Source: a virus
Lineage: Duplodnaviria > Heunggongvirae > Uroviricota > Caudoviricetes
Strand: one strand, 5' to 3'
IMG/VR virus record: IMGVR_UViG_3300031344_000003
Coordinates: 1 to 38,814 of that record
DNA: 38,814 bases
The notes below the pieces were generated by a model that did no database searches, was not told the origin of the DNA, and saw only the letters and a list, made by a program, of their open reading frames with translations. Both the position numbers and the translations under genes were made by a program. Positions 18,218 through 26,657 of this stretch are shown piece by piece (within the stretch, counting starts at the first letter, position 1; the number at the start of each line of letters is the position of its first letter).

Positions 18218-18487
18218 ATGGAAAATGAGTTCAAGTTCGCAGACGAAGTGTTTCACCGCCTCGTGCAGATCGTTCAGGAGGCGCTACTGTCCGGCGTCGA
18301 CTGCGCCGATCTCCTCCGCCAGATCCGCGTCACCGTGGGTGATGCGGGTGACTTGGTGCTGACATCAGCGTATCAACAGCAGGTCAAGGAGATGCACGAC
18401 AAGATGTTGGAACACGCTCGCGAGCTGCAATCTGTGCAGGCGGGCAACAAGTTCATCGTGCCGGGTGGCAACGACGGTAACAACTGA
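18218..18487 (+). CDS. hypothetical protein
   Basis: Core-like codon usage; fills the gap. Confidence 0.7.
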   Translation: MENEFKFADEVFHRLVQIVQEALLSGVDCADLLRQIRVTVGDAGDLVLTSAYQQQVKEMHDKMLEHARELQSVQAGNKFIVPGGNDGNN

Positions 18488-18488
18488 C

Positions 18489-18863
18489 ATGAGCGCCCCC
18501 ATCGACATGCGTGTCCTCTGGGAGCAACAGTTGGCCTTCATGCGCCTGCTGCAGGAGAAGCGCAACTGGCCTCAATTCCCAGTTGACATCTCGACGAAGC
18601 AGGGGCAGACGCTGTTGCACGACATCCGCCATCACATCATGGATGAATTGTTCGAGGCGGGTCAGCACCTGAAGAACGCCAAGGCCCACCGGGCGACTGA
18701 GGTGCCTGAAGTCGACCGTGAAGCCTACAAGGAAGAACTTGTCGACGCCCTCCACCTGTACTTCGAGCTTGTCATTGCCAGCGGCATCTCGATTGAAGAG
18801 TTGGCTGACGCCTACATGAAAAAAGGTGAAGTCAATGTTGAACGTATCATGCGCGGATATTAG
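18489..18863 (+). CDS. all-alpha NTP pyrophosphatase (dimeric dUTPase/MazG-like)
   Basis: DELFEA...K.H...YKEELVDALH acidic EExxD motifs. Confidence 0.75.
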   Translation: MSAPIDMRVLWEQQLAFMRLLQEKRNWPQFPVDISTKQGQTLLHDIRHHIMDELFEAGQHLKNAKAHRATEVPEVDREAYKEELVDALHLYFELVIASGISIEELADAYMKKGEVNVERIMRGY

Positions 18864-18879
18864 GTGACGCCAACTGAAG

Positions 18880-18909
18880 GTGAACTTGTGACCGCACCGG
18901 TGTTACCAT
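18880..18909 (+). promoter_or_regulatory. sigma70-like promoter, probably leaderless
   Basis: GTGAAC-N18-TACCAT (TGn extended)-N6-ATG. Confidence 0.6.
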
Positions 18910-18915
18910 TGAGGA

Positions 18916-19350
18916 ATGGCACCGAGCAAAGGTTCTTTCAACTACGACTGGTTGGGCGACATGGCTGAGTCGTTCAACAACATGTTTTCACAGTCTAAGA
19001 TGTCAACGACGGTGACGGAGACGACTGAAGAGGACAACACGCCGGGCACCTATCGCAATGGTCCTGGCTACCACACCACGAAAGACGCGACGGGCATGAC
19101 GTTGGTCATTGACCTGCCCGGTGTCGATCCCACGGGACTCGAGGTGTGGGCCGAAGGTGAGAGCGTCATCGTCGTCAGTGGCAAGAAAGTCGGCGGCAAG
19201 AACGCCTCTTTCACCGCACGTTATCGGCTCGACATCGGTTATAGTACGTTCGCAGCGACGGCGGAAGCGAAGTTAGGCCAACTCCACATCCGTGTTTTCA
19301 CGGCATCTCCTTTTGTTACCGTGAAGCCAATTCCCATCGACATCAAGTGA
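18916..19350 (+). CDS. small heat-shock protein (Hsp20/alpha-crystallin-like)
   Basis: LVIDLPGV...LEV....VIVVSGK...F..RY.L...AEAKLGQL.I. Confidence 0.7.
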   Translation: MAPSKGSFNYDWLGDMAESFNNMFSQSKMSTTVTETTEEDNTPGTYRNGPGYHTTKDATGMTLVIDLPGVDPTGLEVWAEGESVIVVSGKKVGGKNASFTARYRLDIGYSTFAATAEAKLGQLHIRVFTASPFVTVKPIPIDIK

Positions 19351-19961
19351 TGCAGCCCTTCATCGTCGACCCGGCGACCTACGACAAGCGGCAGGCCTTC
19401 GACGCTGCGTTGGTCTACGTCAAGGCCTTCCTCGACCTCAACGGCATCGCACCCGTCACCGAGTACCTGACGGAGCCCGATGACGCCAAGAAGCCACCTG
19501 GGAAGAACCCGTGGCACGATCGCGGTTGGTACTGGTTCGGCACCGTCTTCGTCAACCTAAAGAAGACGCGGACGCCCGTCAAGGTGCCCGGCTTTCAATG
19601 GTCTTATACGGGTTACAAGGCCGACCTCACCACACCCGGAGTGCTGGCCCACGAGGTCGGTCACCACGTGCACTTTGAGCTCGACCGCGTGCGTGGCGAA
19701 CACGTGCTGGGCAAAGTGCGTGCAGTTTACGCGATTGAACCACCAGTGTCTGGCTATGAACCCAACCCGTACGAGGTCTTCGCTGAGTCGATGCGACTGT
19801 TCATCCTCAACCCGATGTTGCTAGCCGAGGGTCGCCCTGAGCGGTACAGCATGTTGATCAAGCTGAACCTGCAACCACTACACCATGCACCGTGGCGCGA
19901 GGTGTTGGTAAACGCTCATCCGAAGATCATCGCGGCGGCCGAGAGGTGGATTGAACGATGA
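19350..19961 (+). CDS. zincin-like metallopeptidase
   Basis: LAHEVGHHVH (HExxH) plus downstream EVFAE. Confidence 0.65.
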   Translation: MQPFIVDPATYDKRQAFDAALVYVKAFLDLNGIAPVTEYLTEPDDAKKPPGKNPWHDRGWYWFGTVFVNLKKTRTPVKVPGFQWSYTGYKADLTTPGVLAHEVGHHVHFELDRVRGEHVLGKVRAVYAIEPPVSGYEPNPYEVFAESMRLFILNPMLLAEGRPERYSMLIKLNLQPLHHAPWREVLVNAHPKIIAAAERWIER

Positions 19962-20977
19962 ACTTCGACATTGACGCACGGACGATCCTGCAGGTTCGGC
20001 ACGGCTCACACGCCTACGGCCTCAACACCCCCACGTCCGACCTCGACATCAAGGGTGTTTGCGTCAAGCCCAAGAGCGCGTACCTCGGTTTCACGCAGCG
20101 CTTCGAGCAGCAGGAGCACATAGGTGGTAAGGACGCCAGTGATGGCGTCGATAAGGTCACCTTCTCGCTCGACAAGTTCGCCGCACTGGCCGCCGACTGC
20201 AACCCGAACATCATCGAGATCCTGTGGGTCGACGACAGCGACGTGCTGAAGTCAGATGCCTTCGGTGATGAGCTGCGTGGCCTGCGCGCGGACTTCTTGT
20301 CGAAGAAAGCGCGGCACACATTTAGCGGCTACGCCTTTGCGCAGTTGAAGCGCATCAAGTCCCACCGTGTGTGGCTCTTGAACCCGCCGTCTGCACCGCC
20401 TACACGTGAACAGTTCGGTCTGACGGAGCTGACGAAAGTCAGCAAGTCTGAGATCGGCGCCTTCGACTCGCTATTCAACCTGCACACCGTCGATGATGAA
20501 GCCACGTCGGCCGAGCGCATCGGTGAGATCGTTGAGACTGCACGCAGCGTCCTCAATGTCGAGCTACCCAAGGACGTCATCACCCTGTTCACCCGGGAGA
20601 AGGCGTACCGAGCGGCACTAGCCCACTGGGAGCAGTACCTCACGTGGAAAAAGGCACGTAACCCAAAGCGGGCCGAACTCGAGGCCAAGTTCGGGTACGA
20701 TACCAAGCACGGCATGCACCTTTGGAGGCTGATGCGCATGTGCAAGGAGATCTTGATGACGGGCAGGGTGCTAGTTAAGCGGCCAGATCGCGAAGACCTA
20801 TTGCGTGTCCGCAATGGTGACGTCAGCTACGATGAGTTGATTGAGCAGGCCGATCGCCTCGAGGTCGAGTGCGATGAGTTGTACCAGACGTCGTCGCTAC
20901 CTCGTGAACCCAACCGAGCCTACCTCGATAGGTGCATCGTCGACATGACCGATCGCTACCTGACGCTGCACGGTTAA
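19958..20977 (+). CDS. Pol-beta-superfamily nucleotidyltransferase (RlaP-like)
   Basis: GSHAYGLNTPTSDLDIKG, NPNIIE.LW, YDTKH.MHL.RL, P..P. Confidence 0.85.
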   Translation: MNFDIDARTILQVRHGSHAYGLNTPTSDLDIKGVCVKPKSAYLGFTQRFEQQEHIGGKDASDGVDKVTFSLDKFAALAADCNPNIIEILWVDDSDVLKSDAFGDELRGLRADFLSKKARHTFSGYAFAQLKRIKSHRVWLLNPPSAPPTREQFGLTELTKVSKSEIGAFDSLFNLHTVDDEATSAERIGEIVETARSVLNVELPKDVITLFTREKAYRAALAHWEQYLTWKKARNPKRAELEAKFGYDTKHGMHLWRLMRMCKEILMTGRVLVKRPDREDLLRVRNGDVSYDELIEQADRLEVECDELYQTSSLPREPNRAYLDRCIVDMTDRYLTLHG

Positions 20978-21002
20978 ACACGGCCCCACACCGGTGTACT
21001 GT
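20974..21002 (+). promoter_or_regulatory. sigma70-like promoter
   Basis: TTAAAC-N17-TACTGT-N8-ATG; -35 contains the upstream TAA stop. Confidence 0.55.
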
Positions 21003-21010
21003 GTGATCAG

Positions 21011-21502
21011 ATGTTGTTCATTGTCGTCTTTGCCGTGTCACTGCTCACTGCGACATTCTTCGGCCACGCGATTCACTGGGCCCTGCACCAACGCTGGTCG
21101 CGGGTCTTCAATCGGGCCCACATGGAACATCATTGTGATTTGTACCCTCCCGGTCGCCTGTCGTCCGACAAGTACCGCCTACCACGCTGGTACCACCGCG
21201 GGGCCTTGCTCTTTACGCCGCCACTCCTCATTATTCTGGCGACGGCGGGTGGGCTGTTGTGGTTGCTGGGTGCGCCGTGGTGGACGTTGGTCGTCTTTGG
21301 CATCGTCTTGATTGGCTTCGGCCTCTTCAACGATGCGGCCCACGACACCATGCACATCAGGCAGTACCCGCTGATGAAGCACAGGTGGTACCGTAACATG
21401 CGGAAACTGCACTACCTGCATCACGTCGACATGAAGACAAACTTCGGCATCGTGAGTTTCACCTGGGATAAAGTGTTCAGGACGTTCGCTGATAAACGCT
21501 GA
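21011..21502 (+). CDS. fatty acid hydroxylase / sterol desaturase superfamily membrane di-iron enzyme
   Basis: His boxes HWALH, HMEHH, HDTMH, HYLHH, NFG; TM segments. Confidence 0.85.
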   Translation: MLFIVVFAVSLLTATFFGHAIHWALHQRWSRVFNRAHMEHHCDLYPPGRLSSDKYRLPRWYHRGALLFTPPLLIILATAGGLLWLLGAPWWTLVVFGIVLIGFGLFNDAAHDTMHIRQYPLMKHRWYRNMRKLHYLHHVDMKTNFGIVSFTWDKVFRTFADKR

Positions 21503-21524
21503 CGCACACGAACGCAGTGACAAC

Positions 21525-21818
21525 ATGAAACCCGGTGACCTCATCGAGTGGTTTTACAAGTTGAACGGCGACGTCGTTCATCCTCGTGAAACGTTGTGGT
21601 CGTCGATTGAGCAGCGCTACGTGCCCATCGGGGGCACCCACCTGTTGGTCAGCATCGTCAACGGTGAGCTGACCTTCCTCACTTTGGGGGCACAATGTAA
21701 GGGGTTGCTCCGCGCGCACGAGGATGATCTAGTGAGCGCGTCGGACTTCGAGGCATCGTGGCGGATTGCTCCACGCGTGAGTGAGTGTAAAGTGTTGGTG
21801 CCTCGTGGTAGGATGTAG
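21525..21818 (+). CDS. small MKPGDLIEW-type protein; paralog of 2..106
   Basis: See alignment under 2..106. Confidence 0.75.
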   Translation: MKPGDLIEWFYKLNGDVVHPRETLWSSIEQRYVPIGGTHLLVSIVNGELTFLTLGAQCKGLLRAHEDDLVSASDFEASWRIAPRVSECKVLVPRGRM

Positions 21819-21822
21819 CTAG

Positions 21823-22080
21823 ATGTGTCCCTATCGCTATGCGCTGCAGCCGTCGTCGGTGCCCCGTCCTCGACGTACCCTATTGGGTCGTTACAGGACG
21901 TTCTGCCGGCGCGTCGAAGTCTTCTTCGGTCGCCTGCACTTGGGCCGCCTGAAGCGAGACACCTGCTTTGCGTGCGGCAAGCGAGAACCGGGACCTGCGA
22001 ATCGTACGTCACGGCACCGAGATTTTCCTGACCTGTACGACTGTGGTTGCATTGAGAGGAGTTGCTCACATGATCGCTGA
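21823..22080 (+). CDS. hypothetical protein
   Basis: TGgTAGGAT 8 nt before ATG; CFAC...CGC. Confidence 0.5.
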   Translation: MCPYRYALQPSSVPRPRRTLLGRYRTFCRRVEVFFGRLHLGRLKRDTCFACGKREPGPANRTSRHRDFPDLYDCGCIERSCSHDR

Positions 22081-22603
22081 AGTTGACCCGAAGTTGCTCT
22101 CGATCGCCGCCGCGTTCATCGGCGCGCGCCTGCAGCACGTGCTGCCACGCTGTAATAGCCGCCACCTTGGCCCGGTGTCGACGATCAGCGTTGAGCAATA
22201 CAAGAGCAAGTTCAATTACGTACGCATCTATTGCACTCTGGCTGATCCCGACCTGGTGCAGGCAAAGGCTGAGGCCGCCGGGTTCGCAGTCGACGCCCTC
22301 TTCACGGCCACGTGCCTCAGGCGCGACGCCATGTTCTACCGCCAGTGTTACCTCGACATGGTGACGTTGATGCCGCACCTGCGTGAGGCGATCTGTTCGC
22401 AGGCCGACTACTACGAGCTGTTGTTCGCCGACGTCGCTGAGCTGCATGCTCACCTCGATGAGTTAGCAATACCTGATCCGAAGGTGATCAACAAGTTCGA
22501 GCACTATTTCAGGCGGTACGGCGTTGATAGCGTCGACAAGCTGAAGGAGCTGCTGGCATCGTTCTACCCGCCGCCCTCACGCGATACGACTGTCAACCGC
22601 TGA
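22070..22603 (+). CDS. hypothetical phage protein (KxKF..xRxY motif)
   Basis: GAGGAG SD before ATG 22070; QYKSKFNYVRIY. Confidence 0.65.
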   Translation: MIAEVDPKLLSIAAAFIGARLQHVLPRCNSRHLGPVSTISVEQYKSKFNYVRIYCTLADPDLVQAKAEAAGFAVDALFTATCLRRDAMFYRQCYLDMVTLMPHLREAICSQADYYELLFADVAELHAHLDELAIPDPKVINKFEHYFRRYGVDSVDKLKELLASFYPPPSRDTTVNR

Positions 22604-22628
22604 ACAACATCGCCGCGTGGTGTACGAT
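22600..22628 (+). promoter_or_regulatory. sigma70-like promoter, probably leaderless
   Basis: CTGAAC-N17-TACGAT-N6-ATG; -35 contains the upstream TGA stop. Confidence 0.72.
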
Positions 22629-22634
22629 TGTAAC

Positions 22635-23447
22635 ATGACACAATTCGCGTGGGCAACTGATTGCCATCTCGATCACTTGGGTGACGACAATCAACACTTG
22701 ATCAAGTTCGCCGAGTCGCTGATCAAGAGCAACCCGACGGGCGTCTTCTTGACAGGCGACATCTCCGTCGCGCGCAAGCTGGTCTTTCACCTGTCGGCGA
22801 TCGAGAAGGTGGTGCAGCGACCCATCTATGTCGTGTTGGGCAACCACGATTACTACGGGAGTTCGATTGAGCACGTCCGCAAGATGATGCGAGAGCTGAC
22901 CAACGTCAGTCCCTTCATCCGCTACATGCCGACGATGCCCTACTTTTCCCTGACGCAGGCAACGGGCATCGTCGGCCATGATGGCTGGTACGACGGCTAC
23001 ATCGGTGACTGGCAGAACAGCTCGTTCAACATGACTGATTGGACTGCAATTCACGACTTCTTGCCCGTCAACGGTGCCAAGTCGACGATCGTCGGGCTGG
23101 CCCGTAAATTGGCCCACGAGGGCGTCCTCCACATGCAGAACGGCATCAAGCAGGCCGTCAAGTACCACAAGCACATCGTCGTCCTCACCCACTACCCGCC
23201 CTTTGCCGAGGCCCACGTGCACGAAGGTCACCCGGGCGAACAGAGCGTCATGCCATTCTTCACCAGCAAGATGTGCGGTGACATGCTGATGGCGGCATCG
23301 AAGGCGTACCCGAACGTCAATTTCAACGTCTTCGCCGGTCACACACACGGGAAGGTCGACTTGAAAATCACGCCGAATTTGTCTGTCCACGTGGGCGCCG
23401 CGACCTACGGCAAACCCGAACTGCAGGGGCTGGTCGACGTCGCATGA
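22635..23447 (+). CDS. calcineurin-like metallophosphoesterase
   Basis: TDCH, GDIS, GNHDYY, THYPP, GHTH. Confidence 0.9.
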   Translation: MTQFAWATDCHLDHLGDDNQHLIKFAESLIKSNPTGVFLTGDISVARKLVFHLSAIEKVVQRPIYVVLGNHDYYGSSIEHVRKMMRELTNVSPFIRYMPTMPYFSLTQATGIVGHDGWYDGYIGDWQNSSFNMTDWTAIHDFLPVNGAKSTIVGLARKLAHEGVLHMQNGIKQAVKYHKHIVVLTHYPPFAEAHVHEGHPGEQSVMPFFTSKMCGDMLMAASKAYPNVNFNVFAGHTHGKVDLKITPNLSVHVGAATYGKPELQGLVDVA

Positions 23448-23731
23448 ACTTCAAGATCGTCATGGGGGAGACCGCTCTCGGCATTGAGCACAAGTTCGTT
23501 GGGCCCGGCCTTTCACAGTACGCGAACGGGGTTCACTTTCTTCAGGTCCCAAACGCCTGGGCGCTCAAGTGCATGGAGGGAGACGAGGTACTCTCGTGCG
23601 AAGAGAAGATTGATCACAGCTTTGGTAAGCGCCAAGCTGAGACAGTCATACAGTTACTCGAACAGGCGTTTGAAGCCGGGAAGACCGAAGCCAAACGGGA
23701 ACTGCGCGCCATGTTGGGCATTCACCAGTGA
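23444..23731 (+). CDS. hypothetical protein
   Basis: ATGA coupling. Confidence 0.6.
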   Translation: MNFKIVMGETALGIEHKFVGPGLSQYANGVHFLQVPNAWALKCMEGDEVLSCEEKIDHSFGKRQAETVIQLLEQAFEAGKTEAKRELRAMLGIHQ

Positions 23732-24618
23732 GGGTTGAGACCTTCACCGACGGCTACGCCATCTGCGCTGACTGCACCACAGTCGAGACCGTCAACGCAG
23801 TCCGTGAACTGACGGGTGCGATCCCATTAATCATTGCGGATCCGCCTTACGGGCACATCCTATCAGACGCTTGGGACAACCCGATCGAACTCTCCAACGC
23901 CAGCGAGTTCGCGCAGTGGATGTTGGAGTGGACATACAAGTGGTCACAATTGTTGCTGCCCAACGCAGCTTTTTACGTCTGGGGGGGAACGGGGAAACCT
24001 GACTTCAGGCCCTTCTTTCGCTACATCATCAAGGTTGAGGATCAGTTTACTGGCACGGGTGATCCACGTAGTGCAGTCGGCCTGAAACTCGCCAATCTGA
24101 TCACCTGGTCGAAAAAGCGGGCCTACGGCGTCAAGCACAACTACTTGTTCACACGTGAAGAGCTGGCTTACTTCATCAAGGGTGATGACATCAAGAAACC
24201 TCGTTGTTTTAACATCCCATTGCTCGAGACATTGCGTGGGTACAAAGGCTATAACAAAAAATACCCGGCAAAATCTGATTTTTACCGTCGCACCAACGTG
24301 TGGACTGACATCACCGAAGTCATGCGCGGCAAGGTGCACTCGGCGCAGAAGGCCCAACGTGTCATCGAGATCCCGATCGAGGTGCACACGCAGCCCGGTG
24401 AGTACGTCATTGACCCATTCGCGGGTTCGGGCACCACGGCCCTGGCCGCCCGCAAGTTGGGCCGCAAGTTCGTCGTCATCGAGAACGATGAAAAGACGTT
24501 CGATGAGATGGTCGCTAGACTACACGAAAGTGCCATTGTAAACGGGCACGGCCCAAGTGTAGAGTCTGACCATGGACACCAAGCAGCCACTGATCGGTCA
24601 GACACCGACGTCGACTGA
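23728..24618 (+). CDS. DNA N6-adenine/N4-cytosine methyltransferase (beta class)
   Basis: IIADPPYG ... HSAQK ... VIDPFAGSGTT. Confidence 0.9.
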   Translation: MRVETFTDGYAICADCTTVETVNAVRELTGAIPLIIADPPYGHILSDAWDNPIELSNASEFAQWMLEWTYKWSQLLLPNAAFYVWGGTGKPDFRPFFRYIIKVEDQFTGTGDPRSAVGLKLANLITWSKKRAYGVKHNYLFTREELAYFIKGDDIKKPRCFNIPLLETLRGYKGYNKKYPAKSDFYRRTNVWTDITEVMRGKVHSAQKAQRVIEIPIEVHTQPGEYVIDPFAGSGTTALAARKLGRKFVVIENDEKTFDEMVARLHESAIVNGHGPSVESDHGHQAATDRSDTDVD

Positions 24619-24898
24619 ACCCGTACGCGAGGATCCCGCCACGTTGCAGCGGCAGATTGCGTACTACACTCACGTACAGCGCTGTGCGTCAATTCGCCGT
24701 GAACGTGCCGAGGAGCTGATGCAGCGTCCCGTCGCCAAGTCTTGGGACGCGGCCAAGAAGGCCAAGATGGTGCGCAAGTTGATGGCGTCGAAGCAGGAGT
24801 TCGATCAGTCGGTCAGCGCGCTCGACCAGCTCAACTTCAGGTTGCAGCAGGTCACCAACGGGCAGGGCACTTCGGGACCTGTCACCAACACGCCATGA
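24572..24898 (+). CDS. hypothetical helical protein
   Basis: TAGAGT 6 nt before ATG; coupled to next gene by ATGA. Confidence 0.6.
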   Translation: MDTKQPLIGQTPTSTEPVREDPATLQRQIAYYTHVQRCASIRRERAEELMQRPVAKSWDAAKKAKMVRKLMASKQEFDQSVSALDQLNFRLQQVTNGQGTSGPVTNTP

Positions 24899-25671
24899 AT
24901 ACCATTCACCAAGCCACTGCGTTGTCGGTGCTGAAGGCGACGCCTGACAACAGCGTCGATCTTGTGTACTCCGATCCGCCTTTTGGCACCGGCGTTGTGC
25001 AGTCGTCTCACGGTATGGCATACAACGACGTCACACTGGAGTACGGCGCCTTCTTGAGCCAGCACCTCGTTGAATTTCACCGCGTCCTGAAACCCACGGG
25101 TACCCTGTACCTGCACCTCGACTGGCGACACGTGCACATCGCTCGTCTCGACTGCGATCAGATCTTCGGTACAGACAACTTTCTCAACGAGATTATCTGG
25201 AGCTACAATTTTGGGGGCCGTGGCAAGACGACATGGGCACGTAAGCATGATAACATTCTCGTCTATGCCAAGCACGCTGGTCAGCACGTCTTCAACTACG
25301 ATGACATTGACCGCGTGCCCTACAAAGCTCCCGACATGCAGCGAGTGGGCAGGACACCTGAAGACGCTGAGGCTCGCATCGCACGTGGGCAGGTGCCGAC
25401 CGACGTTTGGGAGATGAGCATCATCGGGACGAACGCCAAGGAACGCACGGGGTATCCCACACAAAAGCCCCTAAAGCTCGTCGAACGCATCATCACCGCC
25501 AGCTCGCCACCCGGGGGTCTGGTCATGGACGTCTTCGCGGGTTCTGGCACCACAGGCGAAGCCGCACACAAGCACGGCCGTTCGTTCGTCCTTGCCGACA
25601 CCAACCCACAGGCGATTGAAGTGATGCAGCGACGATTGAAGGACGTGCCCACTGATTGGAGATTACCGTGA
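24895..25671 (+). CDS. DNA N6-adenine/N4-cytosine methyltransferase (beta class)
   Basis: VDLVYSDPPFG, NEIIW.Y, GYPTQKP..L..RII, MDVFAGSGTT. Confidence 0.92.
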   Translation: MNTIHQATALSVLKATPDNSVDLVYSDPPFGTGVVQSSHGMAYNDVTLEYGAFLSQHLVEFHRVLKPTGTLYLHLDWRHVHIARLDCDQIFGTDNFLNEIIWSYNFGGRGKTTWARKHDNILVYAKHAGQHVFNYDDIDRVPYKAPDMQRVGRTPEDAEARIARGQVPTDVWEMSIIGTNAKERTGYPTQKPLKLVERIITASSPPGGLVMDVFAGSGTTGEAAHKHGRSFVLADTNPQAIEVMQRRLKDVPTDWRLP

Positions 25672-26612
25672 CCGACGTCGTGAACTTCAATGAAGTCAAG
25701 CTGAACAAGCCCCTGTTGACGATGCTGCACGAAGGCCAGCTCTTCAACCGTGGCACGTTGGAACTGCTTGGGCTCGTCTTCGAGCACGGTGGCTACATCG
25801 CTGGCGGTTTTGCGGCGTTGGTCGCCCGCCACGTGGTCATGTGCACACCAGCGGCAGACTTTTACCGTGATGTCGTCAATCACACGGGAGGCCCGATCAA
25901 GGTCGCTGGGTGGTCGCATGCGTTTCGTCGCCACGGTGACATCGACGTCTTCTTCTCGTCACAGCAACAACTCGACGGCTTTCTCAACGATCCACGTCGG
26001 TCGATCGTCGACTTGAACGTCACGCCGACGGTGACGGGCGCTGGGTTGGATCACATCGTCGATGGAGATGTCAAGGTGCAGGTCATCACCCGGTGGGCGA
26101 GGCCGATGAAGGAGCACATGACCAGCTTTGACATCTACAACTCCATGGCGGGCGTGACGAATGAAGTGTTGGTGATGGCGGAGCAGTGGGAAGCGCTCGA
26201 GCGAGCCATGATGCTGCACGTGACGACGTGGGCCGGGCCGTGGACAGTCGGCCGTGTCTTCAAGTATGTCAACACTAAGGGCTACAGTACACTGACACCG
26301 TTGACTGCGGCTTACCTACACAGTGAGGTGTGCAAGACGCTGGAGCAGGTCAAGTCGGTGCGCTTTGAGATCGAACACGCTCGCATGGTGACTCGCAAGG
26401 CTCCTCCCGCTCACCTCCACCTCGAATTGCAGCGTAACACACTGTTGAGGTACATGGTCGGGTGTAGAGAGGGTAGGAAGCAGTGGGTGTTGAAGCCCCT
26501 GCTGGCCAGTTTCACTGCAGAGCAATTGCTGACGTTGTCGGCGCTGTGTGGGACGGAACCCGCGTACGACTACGCCATGAAGGAAATTCACAGGCGCATG
26601 CCCGTCGGGTGA
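25668..26612 (+). CDS. nucleotidyltransferase-fold protein (CCA-adding/poly(A) polymerase head-like)
   Basis: YIAGG...GDIDVFF...VQVI...SFDI; GTGA coupling. Confidence 0.55.
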   Translation: MTDVVNFNEVKLNKPLLTMLHEGQLFNRGTLELLGLVFEHGGYIAGGFAALVARHVVMCTPAADFYRDVVNHTGGPIKVAGWSHAFRRHGDIDVFFSSQQQLDGFLNDPRRSIVDLNVTPTVTGAGLDHIVDGDVKVQVITRWARPMKEHMTSFDIYNSMAGVTNEVLVMAEQWEALERAMMLHVTTWAGPWTVGRVFKYVNTKGYSTLTPLTAAYLHSEVCKTLEQVKSVRFEIEHARMVTRKAPPAHLHLELQRNTLLRYMVGCREGRKQWVLKPLLASFTAEQLLTLSALCGTEPAYDYAMKEIHRRMPVG

Positions 26613-26657
26613 GGTGTGATGCATAAGATGCATCAGCACTGCCTAGTTATCGCTGAC

